The position numbers and the translations under genes are program-made. The notes beneath the pieces were generated by a model that ran no database searches, had not been told where the DNA came from, and was given only the letters and a program-made list of their open reading frames with translations. Below, in pieces: positions 27,435 to 36,458 of a stretch of 64,000 bases of DNA (position 1 is its first letter; every line of letters starts with the position of its first letter). This stretch comes from Syntrophales bacterium (lineage in GTDB: Bacteria; Desulfobacterota; Syntrophia; Syntrophales; UBA8958). The stretch lies in contig JAOAFE010000004.1 in assembly GCA_026416455.1 (NCBI GenBank), forward strand, positions 73,468 through 137,467. Reading direction: 5' to 3'.

Positions 27435-28843
27435 TAATGGTTGGCATGGGTAAGCACATATTAGCTTTACTACTTACTACTCTTCTTTTCTCTACTCCGT
27501 CCTGGGCGACTAATCCCTGGAAAGATCCGGAACGGATAAAGTATCCACCTCTCAGATTTTCACCGCCACCGGTAAAGAAGGAAAAGCTACCTACGGGTAT
27601 CACCGTCTTTTTTCTGGAAAACCATGAACTTCCCATCGTCCATATCTCACTCCTCATCCGTGCGGGGTCCATATACGATCCCCCCGGTAAAGAGGGACTG
27701 GCCGAATTGACAGCCCAGGTCATGAGAACAGGGGGAGCCGGTAAATGGACAGGCGATGAGATCGACGTGCGCCTCGATCGGATGGCAGCTCACATCGAGC
27801 CAATAGTCAGAGATGAATTCGTCCTGTGGCGAATAAACGCCCTTTCCAAAGACGTGAAAGAAGTTTGGGAGATTTTTCAGACCATACTAAGAAACCCCGT
27901 CTTAGATCCGCGTAAATTAAAGACGGCCTTAGATTTGAAAAAAGGCGAATTGAAGCGATTATCCGATATACCTGATAAATTTGCCTTTCGTGAGTTCCAA
28001 CGACTTTACTTCCGTGGCAATTTGCAGGGAAGGCAACCGACCGAGGCCTCTTTGGATAACATATCAAGGGAGGATATTGTGGAATTTCATCGCCGCCATT
28101 ACTTCCCGGAAAACATAACCGTGGCTGTTTCGGGTGCCGTAAGACGGGAGGAGATCTTTTCTCTCCTCACGGTAACGTTTACGGAGGCCTGGTCTAATCA
28201 GCCACTGCCTCTTGCCATATCCCCCCCCAACATCTCTTTACCAGATAAGCCTCAATGTTTAATTAAGGACACGCCTCAGGCCGTCATAATTACCGGTCAT
28301 CCGGCTCCACCTCGCTTGAGCCCGGACTATTATGCCTTCGAGGTGTTGGATTTCATCTTGGGCAGTGGAGGATTTCGCTCTCGCATTTTTCAAGAGGTAA
28401 GAACCAACCAAGGTCTCTCTTACGCCACGGGCAGTTTTTATCGTCCCAAGAACAATTACGGCCTCTTTGGTACCTATGCTATAACCCAAAATAAATCGGC
28501 CTTCCTCGCTTTTTCAACGATCGAGCGTATTCTTCTCAATATACAAAAAGATTTGGGAAACAAGGAAGTAGAGCGGGCGAAAAATGCCATTATCCATAGT
28601 TTCGTTTTCGATTACAGCACTCCCCGTCAGATTGTGGAACGAGAGGCAGAGGCCTTCTTTTTCGGTTGGCCCGACGATTTTTGGAGTAGCTACATAAGAA
28701 GGGTGAAAGAAGTATCGCTGTCCATGGTTACGACCGTGGCACGTAAGTATCTCGTACCTCATCAAATGATGGTCTTTATCTTGGGAAAAGAAGAAGCCTG
28801 TACGCAGTTCCAAAAATACGAGCGGATGGATAGAAAACCATGA
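27431..28843 (+). CDS. M16-family peptidase-like protein lacking HxxEH (non-catalytic partner, secreted)
   Basis: 470 aa. The equivalent region reads GKEGLAELTAQVMRTGG, with no HxxEH. A signal peptide is present (ALLLTTLLFSTPSWA-T). The start is ambiguous: TTG 27431, ATG 27437 or ATG 27446. It overlaps the upstream stop. Confidence 0.82.
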   Translation: MIMVGMGKHILALLLTTLLFSTPSWATNPWKDPERIKYPPLRFSPPPVKKEKLPTGITVFFLENHELPIVHISLLIRAGSIYDPPGKEGLAELTAQVMRTGGAGKWTGDEIDVRLDRMAAHIEPIVRDEFVLWRINALSKDVKEVWEIFQTILRNPVLDPRKLKTALDLKKGELKRLSDIPDKFAFREFQRLYFRGNLQGRQPTEASLDNISREDIVEFHRRHYFPENITVAVSGAVRREEIFSLLTVTFTEAWSNQPLPLAISPPNISLPDKPQCLIKDTPQAVIITGHPAPPRLSPDYYAFEVLDFILGSGGFRSRIFQEVRTNQGLSYATGSFYRPKNNYGLFGTYAITQNKSAFLAFSTIERILLNIQKDLGNKEVERAKNAIIHSFVFDYSTPRQIVEREAEAFFFGWPDDFWSSYIRRVKEVSLSMVTTVARKYLVPHQMMVFILGKEEACTQFQKYERMDRKP

Positions 28844-30102
28844 AAGAAAAACCATTATTTAGACATGTATGTGGTAGACTCGACTCCTTGATAGAAGAAA
28901 TGATTTCTTTAACGGTTGAACTTACGGCCATACCGGCCATCGGTCCGGATAACGGAGGAGAAGGAGAGTGGCGAAAATCAATCTATTTAAAAGAATTCCT
29001 CTCTCGATTACCTGTCTCGGAAATGATTGAAATTAACGCCCCCGACCCCCGGGCACAGGCGGGATTCCGACCCAATCTCATAGTTAAGAAAAAAGGGAGG
29101 ACACACGATAGAACAGTCTGGATCATCACCCATTTAGACATTGTACCACCGGGACCTCTCTCTCTATGGGATTACGATCCCTTCTCCGCTCAGGTAAAGG
29201 AAGGTCGAATTTATGGCCGCGGCACGGAAGATAACGGGCAGGATTTGGTGGCTTCCGTCTTTGCCTTCAAATCCTGCTTAGATGAGGGAATCGAGACGCC
29301 GCAAGACATGGGTTTGGCATTTGTCTCCGATGAAGAAACGTCCAGCAAGTACGGTTTAGCCTACATTCTAGATCATCCCAACAACCCCTTTCATCCCGAG
29401 GATATAATAGTCGTCCCCGATTCGGGAAATCCTTCGGGCACTTTAATTGAGATCGCAGAGAAAAGTATCTATTGGCTAAAATTCAGGACAATTGGAAAAC
29501 AGTGTCACGCCAGTATTCCAGATAAAGGTATCAATGCTTGCCTGGCGGCATCACATCTCATGGTGAATATGTATCAAGTACTTCATAAAACATTCAACCT
29601 TGAAAATCCCCTTTTTACTCCGCGCCACAGCACTTTTGAGCCAACTAAAAGGGAAGCCAACGTCGAAAATGTAAATACCATCCCGGGGGAAGACATCTTT
29701 TATTTGGACTCCCGTATCTTACCCGATTATAGACTTGAGGAAGTCAAGGAAAGCATCCAACATGTCGTCTCGCACATAGAAAAAGAATTTTCTGTGACCG
29801 TAAACATCGAAGAAGTTCAGCGCGTTGAGGCTCCTGCCCCAACCGATGAGAACGCTCTTGTAGTCCGGGCACTAAAAGAAGCGATTGGCGAAGTATATGG
29901 AGTCGAAGCTCAAGCGCGTGGAATCGGGGCAGGAACGGTTGCCGCCTACCTAAGAAAAAAAGGGTATCCGGTTGCCGTCTGGTGCCGCTCGCAGAACACG
30001 GCTCACCAACCGAATGAGTACGCCCTCATCGACAATATCCTGGGTGATGCAAAAGTATTTGCCCATCTCTTTTTACAGGATTATAATTATCTAATGAAAT
30101 GA
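28840..30102 (+). CDS. M20-family metallopeptidase/deacylase (ArgE/DapE-like), cytoplasmic
   Basis: 420 aa with an ATGA overlap with the upstream gene. HLDIVPPG, GRGTEDNGQD and SDEETSS are typical M20 metal-ligand segments. No signal peptide. Confidence 0.8.
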   Translation: MKEKPLFRHVCGRLDSLIEEMISLTVELTAIPAIGPDNGGEGEWRKSIYLKEFLSRLPVSEMIEINAPDPRAQAGFRPNLIVKKKGRTHDRTVWIITHLDIVPPGPLSLWDYDPFSAQVKEGRIYGRGTEDNGQDLVASVFAFKSCLDEGIETPQDMGLAFVSDEETSSKYGLAYILDHPNNPFHPEDIIVVPDSGNPSGTLIEIAEKSIYWLKFRTIGKQCHASIPDKGINACLAASHLMVNMYQVLHKTFNLENPLFTPRHSTFEPTKREANVENVNTIPGEDIFYLDSRILPDYRLEEVKESIQHVVSHIEKEFSVTVNIEEVQRVEAPAPTDENALVVRALKEAIGEVYGVEAQARGIGAGTVAAYLRKKGYPVAVWCRSQNTAHQPNEYALIDNILGDAKVFAHLFLQDYNYLMK

Positions 30103-30147
30103 AGGCACACAAAAAAAGGTGTAAGGAGGTGCAATCAAAAACTTAAG

Positions 30148-31134
30148 GTGAGTGCCCAGCTATTAGAAACCATAAATGTCTCTGGCCCCGATGAACTTAG
30201 GGTGCTGTGCGGAGAGCATGACAAACATTTAAGGACGATAGAAAAACTGGAAGGCATATCAATAGCGGTAAGGGGAAATGTAATCTCCATCTATGGGGAA
30301 GCGGAACGAGTTAAGCACGTAAAAAATATTTTGAGCCAACTCATAAGGCTGGTCGAAAAAGGTTACCCCCTTTATCCACAAGATATCGAATACGCCCACC
30401 GGGCATTGGCCGGTAACAGCCGCCTGAACTTGGAAACCATTTTTTTGGACCAGGTATACGTGTCTTCGGGCAAGAAAATCATCACCCCCAAATCGGTCGC
30501 GCAAAAGGAATATATTGATGCCATAAGAAATTACGATATGGTGTTCGGAATTGGACCGGCGGGAACGGGGAAAACGTATCTGGCCATGGCTATGGCCGTA
30601 TCTTGTTTGATGGAAAAGAAGGTAACGAGGATAATTCTCACTCGTCCCGCGGTGGAAGCAGGTGAAAAGCTAGGATTCCTCCCGGGTGATCTGGCGGAGA
30701 AGGTAAATCCCTACTTACGCCCTCTATACGATGCCCTCTTTGACATGTTAGGGTTTGAAAAAGGCAACGCCCTCATCGCCAAGGGTATTATCGAAGTCGC
30801 ACCCCTAGCCTTTATGCGCGGAAGAACCTTGAACGACTCCTTTGTCATCCTCGACGAGGCTCAGAATACCACCTCCGAGCAGATGAAAATGTTCCTGACG
30901 CGGCTAGGATTTGGTTCTAAAGCCGTCGTCACCGGCGACATTACCCAAATTGACCTGCCCACAGAAAAAACGTCCGGCCTGGTAGAAGCGGAAAAGATAC
31001 TAAACCAAACGGAGGGGATATCTTTCGTCTACTTTTCTGAAGTAGATGTAGTACGTCACCCCCTCGTTCAAAATATTATCAGGGCTTACAATCACCTGGA
31101 CATGATGAAGAGAAAGGGGAAAGAGCGGGATTGA
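30148..31134 (+). CDS. phoH: PhoH-family ATPase
   Basis: 328 aa. Walker [28 protein letters not shown]. The GTG start is uncertain. Confidence 0.88.
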   Translation: MSAQLLETINVSGPDELRVLCGEHDKHLRTIEKLEGISIAVRGNVISIYGEAERVKHVKNILSQLIRLVEKGYPLYPQDIEYAHRALAGNSRLNLETIFLDQVYVSSGKKIITPKSVAQKEYIDAIRNYDMVFGIGPAGTGKTYLAMAMAVSCLMEKKVTRIILTRPAVEAGEKLGFLPGDLAEKVNPYLRPLYDALFDMLGFEKGNALIAKGIIEVAPLAFMRGRTLNDSFVILDEAQNTTSEQMKMFLTRLGFGSKAVVTGDITQIDLPTEKTSGLVEAEKILNQTEGISFVYFSEVDVVRHPLVQNIIRAYNHLDMMKRKGKERD

Positions 31135-31562
31135 CCGTTCATATTATCAACTCCCAGAAAAAAATCCCTTTGGAACTTAAGCCCATAAAAACGATAGCGA
31201 ATCGGATTATGAGGGAGCTAAAACTCAAAGATTATGAAGTGAGCCTTCTCCTTACTGATGATGAAGGCATTACCCAGCTGAATCATCTATATTTAAAGCG
31301 AAATAGGCCGACCAACGTCATTTCCTTCCCCATGAATGAAGGAACTTGGCTGGGAGATATCGCGATTTCAGTTGAAACGGCAGCACGGGAGGCAGAAGAA
31401 GGAGACATGACCCTGAGGGATGAAATCGTCTACCTCTTCATTCACGGTCTCCTCCATCTTATAGGCTACGACCACGAAAGTGGCGATGAATCCGCTGCCG
31501 CCCTTATGCGAGATAGGGAAAGGAGTCTTTTCTCCGCCGTTATGGGATACGAGATAGACTAA
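31131..31562 (+). CDS. ybeY: rRNA maturation endoribonuclease YbeY
   Basis: 143 aa. It carries the zinc motif HGLLHLIGYDH and overlaps phoH by 4 nt. Confidence 0.92.
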   Translation: MTVHIINSQKKIPLELKPIKTIANRIMRELKLKDYEVSLLLTDDEGITQLNHLYLKRNRPTNVISFPMNEGTWLGDIAISVETAAREAEEGDMTLRDEIVYLFIHGLLHLIGYDHESGDESAAALMRDRERSLFSAVMGYEID

Positions 31563-32620
31563 ATGCCTTCCGCAATTGCTATCGTTGCCTTCTCTTTCAG
31601 TTTCCTTAAAAGAGCATGGAGAGCGGCATATTTTTTTTGTTTTTCCAAATAATCCGATATGCTGGCCTTCACTTCTCCCGTTAGCTCCTGAGTCCGTTCC
31701 GGGGTATGCTCTAATACCTGGATAATATGCCATCCAAACTCCGTTTCCACAATCGGCCCTATCTCTCCCTTCTTCTGCTTGAAAGCCGCTTCCTCGAATT
31801 TTTTCGTCATCTGCCCCTTGATAAAAACACCCAGATCCCCTCCCCTTTCCCTGCTAGGACAATCAGATTTCTCTTTCGCCAATTGGCCAAAATCAGCTCC
31901 TCCCAGGAGGGCTTTTCTTATCTGCTCAATCTTCTCTTTTTTTTCCGCCTTCATCGCGTCTGTATCTTCTTTGCCGGAAGCAACGAGGATATGGCGCACA
32001 TGGACACTCTCCGGAATTTTGAACTTATCCCTATTTTTATCGTAGAACTCTTTCACCTCTTTTTCCGAGGGCTTGGCCTGGCCAGAGGTTTCTTGATCGA
32101 GGAGTTTCTTTATACGGATACCGAGGGTAATTTCTTCCTTCAGACGTGACTGGGTGATATTGTTCCTCTTCAACATCTCCTCCATGGTTACTCCTGGGGG
32201 GAGGGTTCGTTTCAACTCTTCTATGGCCTGAGAGATCTCTTGCTCGGCGGCCTTTATTTGACGGCGATCGGCTTCATCGGAGAGAAGTGATCGGGCTATA
32301 AATTCATCCACGATCCTTTTTCCGAGCACTTTGGTCACTTCTTCCCTCTTTTCTGGCGGCATCTTTCCTTGTAGGCTAGAAAGGTGGGCCTTAAGCTCCT
32401 TGTCAAAATCAGCTTGTGAGAGCTTGTGGTTGTTCACAGACACCACAATACCCGCGGGGGGTCGTAAGACCGTTCCTTTTTCCACCTTTTCTACCGTATC
32501 CGATTTCTTTGTGCTGTCTTTATTTTCCGATGCATCTTTCCTAGCGGAGCCATTGCAGGAAAGAGAAAATATGACGACCGCAACGAACGACAAAACGAAT
32601 AAGAATTTCTTTCTCTTCAA
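31559..32620 (-). CDS. Parvulin-type peptidyl-prolyl isomerase lipoprotein (PrsA/SurA-like)
   Basis: 353 aa with a lipoprotein signal (VVIFSLS-C) and a PpiC domain (VRHILV...GGDLGVF...FGWHIIQV). Confidence 0.85.
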   Translation of the reverse strand: MKRKKFLFVLSFVAVVIFSLSCNGSARKDASENKDSTKKSDTVEKVEKGTVLRPPAGIVVSVNNHKLSQADFDKELKAHLSSLQGKMPPEKREEVTKVLGKRIVDEFIARSLLSDEADRRQIKAAEQEISQAIEELKRTLPPGVTMEEMLKRNNITQSRLKEEITLGIRIKKLLDQETSGQAKPSEKEVKEFYDKNRDKFKIPESVHVRHILVASGKEDTDAMKAEKKEKIEQIRKALLGGADFGQLAKEKSDCPSRERGGDLGVFIKGQMTKKFEEAAFKQKKGEIGPIVETEFGWHIIQVLEHTPERTQELTGEVKASISDYLEKQKKYAALHALLRKLKEKATIAIAEGI

Positions 32621-32749
32621 AATGTGTCTCCTTTCCTAACTTTTCCTTGACCGTCCGTACATTTACGCATAAAGACTAAAGCCGGTCAAGAAAGATTTGT
32701 GATACGGGGCTTTTTTAGATCCCCGCAGAATAGAGATCACCAACCCGAT

Positions 32750-34102
32750 ATGAAGCACTCAAGCGCCATCGATTTCGCTCATAGTCCTATCTTTCCCCTT
32801 TTGGTAAAGATGAGTACCCCCTCCATGGCTGCGATGCTGGCCTTTGCCGTCTACAATCTGCTCGATAGTATATGGCTTGCCCGCCTTGGGTCGTCATTCA
32901 TTGCCGCCTATACCATAACCTTTCCTTTTCAAATGCTTCTCGTCGCCCTGGGGATTGGAACGGGGGTAGGAGCAGGATCTTATGCCGCTCGCATGTTAGG
33001 GGCGAAAAACCTAGAACTCGTTCGAGCCACCTCGGGACAGGTCATCTTTCTATCCCTTTTCATGGGAACGATCATGATCACCGCCGTTACCCTGTGGCCG
33101 GAGGAAATACTCTCTTCTATGGGCGGCAAGGGAGAAATTCTCTCTCTCGCCCGCGGATATTTGTCCATCCTCGTTTGGGGTACTCCTTTGGTTTTCTTCA
33201 TCAACACATCAACGAACCTTTTTCGGGCCGTCGGAAGACCAGCGGAAGCCATGTACACAATTCTTATCTTTTCCATTTCCGGCGTTTTTTTGGATCCCAT
33301 TTTTATCTTTGGCTGGGGACCAGTACCGAAGCTAGGTATAGAAGGGGCGGCACTCTCAGCCGTAATAAGTCAGCTCTTAGCTTCTATCGTGGCGACAAAA
33401 TTCTTTTTTCACCAACCGTCGCCCCTTTCACCGAAATTGAAACACCTGATACCCTACGGGAATATAGTTTATTCTATCTATCAAACGGGTTTCCCCTCCA
33501 TTATACTAAACCTAGTTTTCGGGCTGGTCGTTACGGTATACAACCATACCTTGACTCCTTATGGTCCCTATGCCATAGGCACACTGAGTTTATGTTTTCG
33601 GATTAATGGACTCATCATGATGGTCCTCTTTGGTATCGGACACGGTGTCATGCCTCTCGTAGGTTACCACTTAGGAGCAGGTCTAAAAGAAAGACTAGGC
33701 CGCATAGTCCGTTCCGCCATTTTTTTTTCCGGTGTAGTCGGGATTGTAAGCTGTATCACCATACTGCTCTTATCGCGCCCAATCATAGCTTCGGTCACAG
33801 GTGATGACATCTTCAGGTCCGTAACCGAAGAGGCCTTGAAGTTTTTTGCCTTTACTCTTATTTTTGCTGGACCAACGGTAGTTTGGATAAATATGTTCAT
33901 CGGTTTAGGCAAAGGCCTCACCGCCATGACTCTCCTCTTTATCCGCGATGCCCTCATTCTCATTCCCAGTATTTACCTGGGGGAACATTTCCTTGGACTT
34001 ACCGGTATTTGGTTGTCTCAGCTTATCTCTACGGGGCTCGGCTTTGTCATGATAGGTTTCTGGGCGCATCGGGAAGTCTCCTCTCTCATTGAGAAGGCAT
34101 AA
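32750..34102 (+). CDS. MATE-family efflux transporter
   Basis: The ORF track starts at GTG 32699; I prefer ATG 32750 (MKHSSAIDF...). It has about 12 TM segments, and PLLVKMSTPSMAAMLAFAVYNLLDSIWLARLG is a typical MATE N-terminus. Confidence 0.85.
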   Translation: MKHSSAIDFAHSPIFPLLVKMSTPSMAAMLAFAVYNLLDSIWLARLGSSFIAAYTITFPFQMLLVALGIGTGVGAGSYAARMLGAKNLELVRATSGQVIFLSLFMGTIMITAVTLWPEEILSSMGGKGEILSLARGYLSILVWGTPLVFFINTSTNLFRAVGRPAEAMYTILIFSISGVFLDPIFIFGWGPVPKLGIEGAALSAVISQLLASIVATKFFFHQPSPLSPKLKHLIPYGNIVYSIYQTGFPSIILNLVFGLVVTVYNHTLTPYGPYAIGTLSLCFRINGLIMMVLFGIGHGVMPLVGYHLGAGLKERLGRIVRSAIFFSGVVGIVSCITILLLSRPIIASVTGDDIFRSVTEEALKFFAFTLIFAGPTVVWINMFIGLGKGLTAMTLLFIRDALILIPSIYLGEHFLGLTGIWLSQLISTGLGFVMIGFWAHREVSSLIEKA

Positions 34103-34130
34103 AAAAACCCGGGAAAATCCCGGGTTTTTT
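34101..34130. terminator. Bidirectional rho-independent terminator shared by the MATE gene (+) and csp (-)
   Basis: AAAAAAA CCCGGGA aaa TCCCGGG TTTTTT. The hairpin has an A-tract on one side and a T-tract on the other, between convergent genes. Confidence 0.85.
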
Positions 34131-34138
34131 CCTCCTCC

Positions 34139-34342
34139 CTATTTCAGGAGTTGGACGTTTACTGCGGCCGGACCTTTCTGTCCCTGCTGGACGTCGAATC
34201 GAATGCGCTGTCCCTGATGCAAAGTCCGGAAGCCATCACCTTTGATGGCCGTGTAATGAACAAAGACATCTCCCCCTTCATCGCTTTCGATGAAACCATA
34301 CCCCTTTTTCTCGTTGAACCACTTAACCTTTCCTTCTGGCAA
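34139..34342 (-). CDS. cspA: Cold-shock protein (CspA family)
   Basis: 67 aa. RNP1 is KGYGFI and RNP2 is VFVHY. TTG start with GAAGGAGGG 8 nt upstream. Confidence 0.92.
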   Translation of the reverse strand: MPEGKVKWFNEKKGYGFIESDEGGDVFVHYTAIKGDGFRTLHQGQRIRFDVQQGQKGPAAVNVQLLK

Positions 34343-34516
34343 TTTTAAAACCCTCCTTCCTTCAAAAATAAAAAAACCAGTGGCAGACTTTACTTTTCCT
34401 GCCCTGGCCTTAATAATCCGTCACTCCCGAACACCAAAGAATGCTTCATTCGAATTCCTACACCACAACTTATGTGTCTCTCTATCAGCATTTTTTCCGC
34501 AAATCAAGTATATTTT

Positions 34517-35491
34517 TTATGAACTAATGTGACATGCAACCCAGTGGCCCGCCTCTACTTCTAATAGTTTTGGTCTTGCCGTCATGCAAGATTCCTTTCT
34601 TTCCGCACATCGGGGAGCAAAAGTGCATCCGTCGTGTAAAATCTCCTCTGCTGTGGAAAAGGTCTGCTTTTTTAACCTTGCCTTTTTATCACATCCACGC
34701 CCCGTAGGGATGGCCATGAGCAATAATTGTGTATACGGATGGCGAGGGTTTTCATAGAGGATCGCGCTCGGCGCAACCTCTACCACCCTTCCCCCATACA
34801 TGACGGCCACCCGGTCACTCATAAATCTCACCACCTTGAGGTCGTGGGAAATAAAGATATAAGTCAGGTTAAAATTGTCTCGTAGATCTTTTAATAGATT
34901 CAAAATCTGGGCTTGGATGGAAACATCTAAGTTGGACACTGGTTCGTCGGCCACAATTAATTCAGGAGCCAGAATAAGGGCGCGGGCAATACACACCCTC
35001 TGTCTCTGCCCACCGCTTAATTCATGAGGAAATCTCCTGGTATAGTCCGGTGGCAGGCCCACATTTTTAAGAATCTGTCTTACCTTTTCTTCCCGTTCCT
35101 CCATACTTCCCAGCCCATGTATTAAAAGAGGTTCTCGTAAAGTTTCCCCTACCGTTTTTCTTGGGTTGAGAGAGGAAGCAGGGTCTTGAAAAACGATCTG
35201 CACCTGGCGCCGGAATGCCTTGAGGGTCTCTCCCTTAAACCCTAATACGTCTTTCCCCTTGAAGGCAATGCGCCCTGTAGTCGGCCGATCAAGTAAAACT
35301 ACCAATCGACCGAGAGTTGATTTCCCACAACCGCTCTCTCCCACCACACCCAGCGTTTCTCCCTTCCAAATGCTGAGATCTACCCCATCGAGTGCCTTTA
35401 TCCACACCCTCTCTTGCGTTATGCTCCTGGTGACGCGGTACACTTTAGCAAGAGAAGTTATATCTATCAGCGGGTTCTGGCCGTCACTCAT
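34517..35491 (-). CDS. Oligopeptide/dipeptide-type ABC ATP-binding protein (OppF/DppF-like)
   Basis: The ORF track starts at 35548. I prefer ATG 35491 ([14 protein letters not shown]...), which overlaps the upstream stop by 8 nt. Walker A GESGCGKST, LSGGQRQR, IVADEP, and a C-terminal Cys-rich oligo_HPY-type tail. Confidence 0.85.
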   Translation of the reverse strand: MSDGQNPLIDITSLAKVYRVTRSITQERVWIKALDGVDLSIWKGETLGVVGESGCGKSTLGRLVVLLDRPTTGRIAFKGKDVLGFKGETLKAFRRQVQIVFQDPASSLNPRKTVGETLREPLLIHGLGSMEEREEKVRQILKNVGLPPDYTRRFPHELSGGQRQRVCIARALILAPELIVADEPVSNLDVSIQAQILNLLKDLRDNFNLTYIFISHDLKVVRFMSDRVAVMYGGRVVEVAPSAILYENPRHPYTQLLLMAIPTGRGCDKKARLKKQTFSTAEEILHDGCTFAPRCAERKESCMTARPKLLEVEAGHWVACHISS

Positions 35492-36458
35492 ATTTCCAGC
35501 ATCTAACAAAATGACCTGGTTTTTTTTCACATAAAAGAGGTCTCCCATGGCTGCATTTGCTCATTTTATCTGAACAACGCTCTTGAAATCTGCAGCCTTT
35601 AACTTCTTGGGAAAGCAATAGGACGCTCCCGGGAATGCTCCGGAGGCGGGCATCTCTCATAGAGGGCAAATCATCCGGAGGAATCGATTCCATAAGCCCC
35701 AGCGTATAAGGGTGCAAGGGTGAAGAAAAGAGCTCTTCGGTTGAAGCCATTTCGACTATTTCCCCGGCATACATAACCGCTATTCGTTCGGCTATTTCAC
35801 ACACCACCCCCAGATCATGGGTGATAAACAGGATAGACGTACCAAGAGAAGACTGAAGGTCCTTCAACAGAGATACTATCTGCGCCTGGATGGTTACATC
35901 CAGGGCCGTCGTTGGTTCATCGGCAATCATGAGCTCCGGTTCCAGTATCAAAGCCATAGCAATCATGACCCTTTGTCTCATACCGCCGCTTAATTGATGA
36001 GGATAATCGTTTATCCTTTTTTCGGCAGCCGGAAATCCAACGCGGGTCAGCATCTCAACGGCCATATCCCGCGCCTCCTTTTTCGATACCTTTCTATGGG
36101 CATGAACGGCTTCCATTATTTGATCCCCGATGCGGAAAACGGGGTTCAAAGCCGTCATAGGTTCTTGAAAAATCATCGATATCCTGCTTCCCCGGATCTT
36201 TCTCATCTCCTCATCGGGCAACTCAAGGAGGGACAGTCCGTCAAAAGTAATGGTCCCCCTAACTATTCTCGCCGTGGAAGCGGGTAATAATCTCATCACG
36301 GAAAGGGCCAGGACCGTTTTTCCGCATCCCGATTCTCCCACCACGCCTAACACTTCACCTTTGGCCATTGAAAGATCGACTCCCTCGACGGCCCTAACAA
36401 TCCCGCGATTTGTAAAAAAATGAGTGGCCAGGTCTTCTATGCGCAGGAGCTCCGTCAT
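35484..36458 (-). CDS. Oligopeptide/dipeptide-type ABC ATP-binding protein (OppD/DppD-like)
   Basis: The ORF track starts at 36557. I prefer ATG 36458 ([10 protein letters not shown]...), which forms an ATGA overlap with the pepA stop. Walker [23 protein letters not shown], and a C-terminal Cys-rich tail. Confidence 0.85.
   Translation of the reverse strand: MTELLRIEDLATHFFTNRGIVRAVEGVDLSMAKGEVLGVVGESGCGKTVLALSVMRLLPASTARIVRGTITFDGLSLLELPDEEMRKIRGSRISMIFQEPMTALNPVFRIGDQIMEAVHAHRKVSKKEARDMAVEMLTRVGFPAAEKRINDYPHQLSGGMRQRVMIAMALILEPELMIADEPTTALDVTIQAQIVSLLKDLQSSLGTSILFITHDLGVVCEIAERIAVMYAGEIVEMASTEELFSSPLHPYTLGLMESIPPDDLPSMRDARLRSIPGSVLLLSQEVKGCRFQERCSDKMSKCSHGRPLLCEKKPGHFVRCWKYE

Noticed and set aside
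32621-32749. A possible riboswitch (guanidine or fluoride class) upstream of the MATE efflux gene, suggested by hairpins CTTGACCG...CGGTCAAG and CGGGG...CCCCG
   Set aside because: I could not match the conserved cores of the crcB (fluoride), ykkC or mini-ykkC (ACGR loops) motifs by eye. It is probably just a divergent promoter region. A covariance-model scan would settle this.
32872-33606. A 244-aa same-strand ORF in an alternative frame inside the MATE transporter gene
   Set aside because: Its translation is R/S/G/H-rich and low in complexity, with no recognisable motif. The primary frame gives a textbook MATE protein. Long stop-free alternative frames are common in hydrophobic-protein genes.
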